DNA from: Octopus bimaculoides
Taxonomy: Eukaryota
Direction: 5' to 3'
NCBI RefSeq assembly: GCF_001194135.2
Contig: NC_068981.1
Span: forward strand, 151,561,560 to 151,625,559
DNA: 64,000 nt
This document shows positions 62,940 through 64,000 of this stretch, in pieces; position 1 is the first letter of the stretch; each line of letters starts with the position of its first letter. Below the pieces are notes generated by a model. It was not told the origin of the DNA. It did not search any database and was given only the letters and a program-made list of their open reading frames with translations. A program made the position numbers and the translations under genes.

Positions 62940-63025
62940 TGTTAGTATCATTATTATTATTATTATTATCATTATTATTATTGTTGTTGTTGTTATTGTT
63001 GTTGTTGTTGTTGTTGTTGTTATTA

Positions 63026-63105
<80 letters not shown>
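62940..63105. repeat. (ATT)n/(GTT)n microsatellite
   Basis: Direct reading; source of the poly-Leu ORF. Confidence 0.95.
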
Positions 63106-63106
<1 letters not shown>

Positions 63107-63126
63107 GTTTAACATTAGCTTTCTAT

Positions 63127-64000
63127 TTGTACAAGTTGTTTTCAAGTCTCATCCAGAGACATCAAGAGACAACAAATGGGAAGTTCATGTTTGCGTTATG
63201 CCTAGGGTGTCATATATTTGGTTTTGCACATAATATTGTTCTTCTACTGATATTAACCCTCTTCCGCCTTCTTTTCTTCGTAAGTATAATCTTGTTACTC
63301 CTTCCCTCAGGTGGAGTCCTCCATTCATATTGAATTCCTTCTTAGTTCTTCTGTCCAGCTTTGCTAATTCAGTTTTTGTTCAATCTACAAAAGCTGCTGA
63401 GTATCTAAGTAATGATATTGTCCAAGTATTTACAGCCTTCAGTAGATTCGGACCATTTAGCTTTGACGTCATTAGCTTCCTCACCTTAATGATATATTCA
63501 TTCTCAATTTTCGTTTTCATCCCTATCGATGGTACTCTGTCAGATTCTAATATTTCTAGATACTTATAACTCATTTAAAAGATTTTAATGTTTGGCCATC
63601 TGGTAACTGTATTCCTTCGCTGCTGACTACCTGTCCCCTTGTCATGACTAATATTGCACACTTATTCAATGCCTATATCTTTGCTGAAGAGTCTTACACT
63701 CTGTATTAAGGAATCTATCTCTTTTTCATTCTTACTAAAAAGTTTCAGATCATCCATGTAGTGCAAGTGGTTAATTTTTCCCTTGCCTTTGCCTTCCTTA
63801 ATACTAAACTGAGCGGGATCAAACTTAATACAAATATTAAAGGGGACAACGAGTCCCCATGGAAAGTTCCTCTTTTGATATTAACTTTTCCTAAAAGTGT
63901 GTCACCTGAGTAGAGATCTACTTTCCATTTCTTCATGCTATTGCTAAGTAATTCTTTTATGTTGTCTGCTATACTGAATATACTCAAACATTCACTTATC
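63127..64000 (-). pseudogene. R4/Dong-type LINE reverse transcriptase fragment, running off the window
   Basis: IKRGTFHGDSLSPLIFVLSLIPLS, NHLHYMDDLKLF, YKYLEILE and KLNGPNLLKAVNTWTISLLRYS. Confidence 0.92.

Overview
AT-rich, microsatellite-dense, gap-riddled animal genomic DNA. The SINE families resemble those I recall from octopus assemblies; this is an inference, not a database result. No intact host protein-coding gene is recognisable. Almost all ORF-track entries are microsatellite or N-run artefacts or decayed transposon proteins. The window is a transposon graveyard: Tc1/mariner copies (one full-length 1250 bp, one 217 bp MITE), R4/Dong-type REL LINE fragments, CR1-type RT fragments, an L1/Tx1-like ORF1 zinc knuckle, two Penelope-like GIY-YIG remnants, a Helitron remnant, a Helentron-type HINE, many tRNA-derived SINEs and four long fold-back palindromes. 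The most interesting signal is a set of minimal type I hammerhead ribozyme (HHR) motifs that the ORF track does not show. One carries an A3-U8 swap of the C3-G8 core pair (24411-24454). One sits inside a tRNA-headed SINE-like element (8345-8684). One is near-intact at 9670-9727, and a mirrored pair forms a fold-back (44777-45179). A CpG-rich ETS/NRF1-like promoter near 39060 and a few strongly spliceable minus-strand segments hint at a transcript with non-coding exons, but this is unproven.
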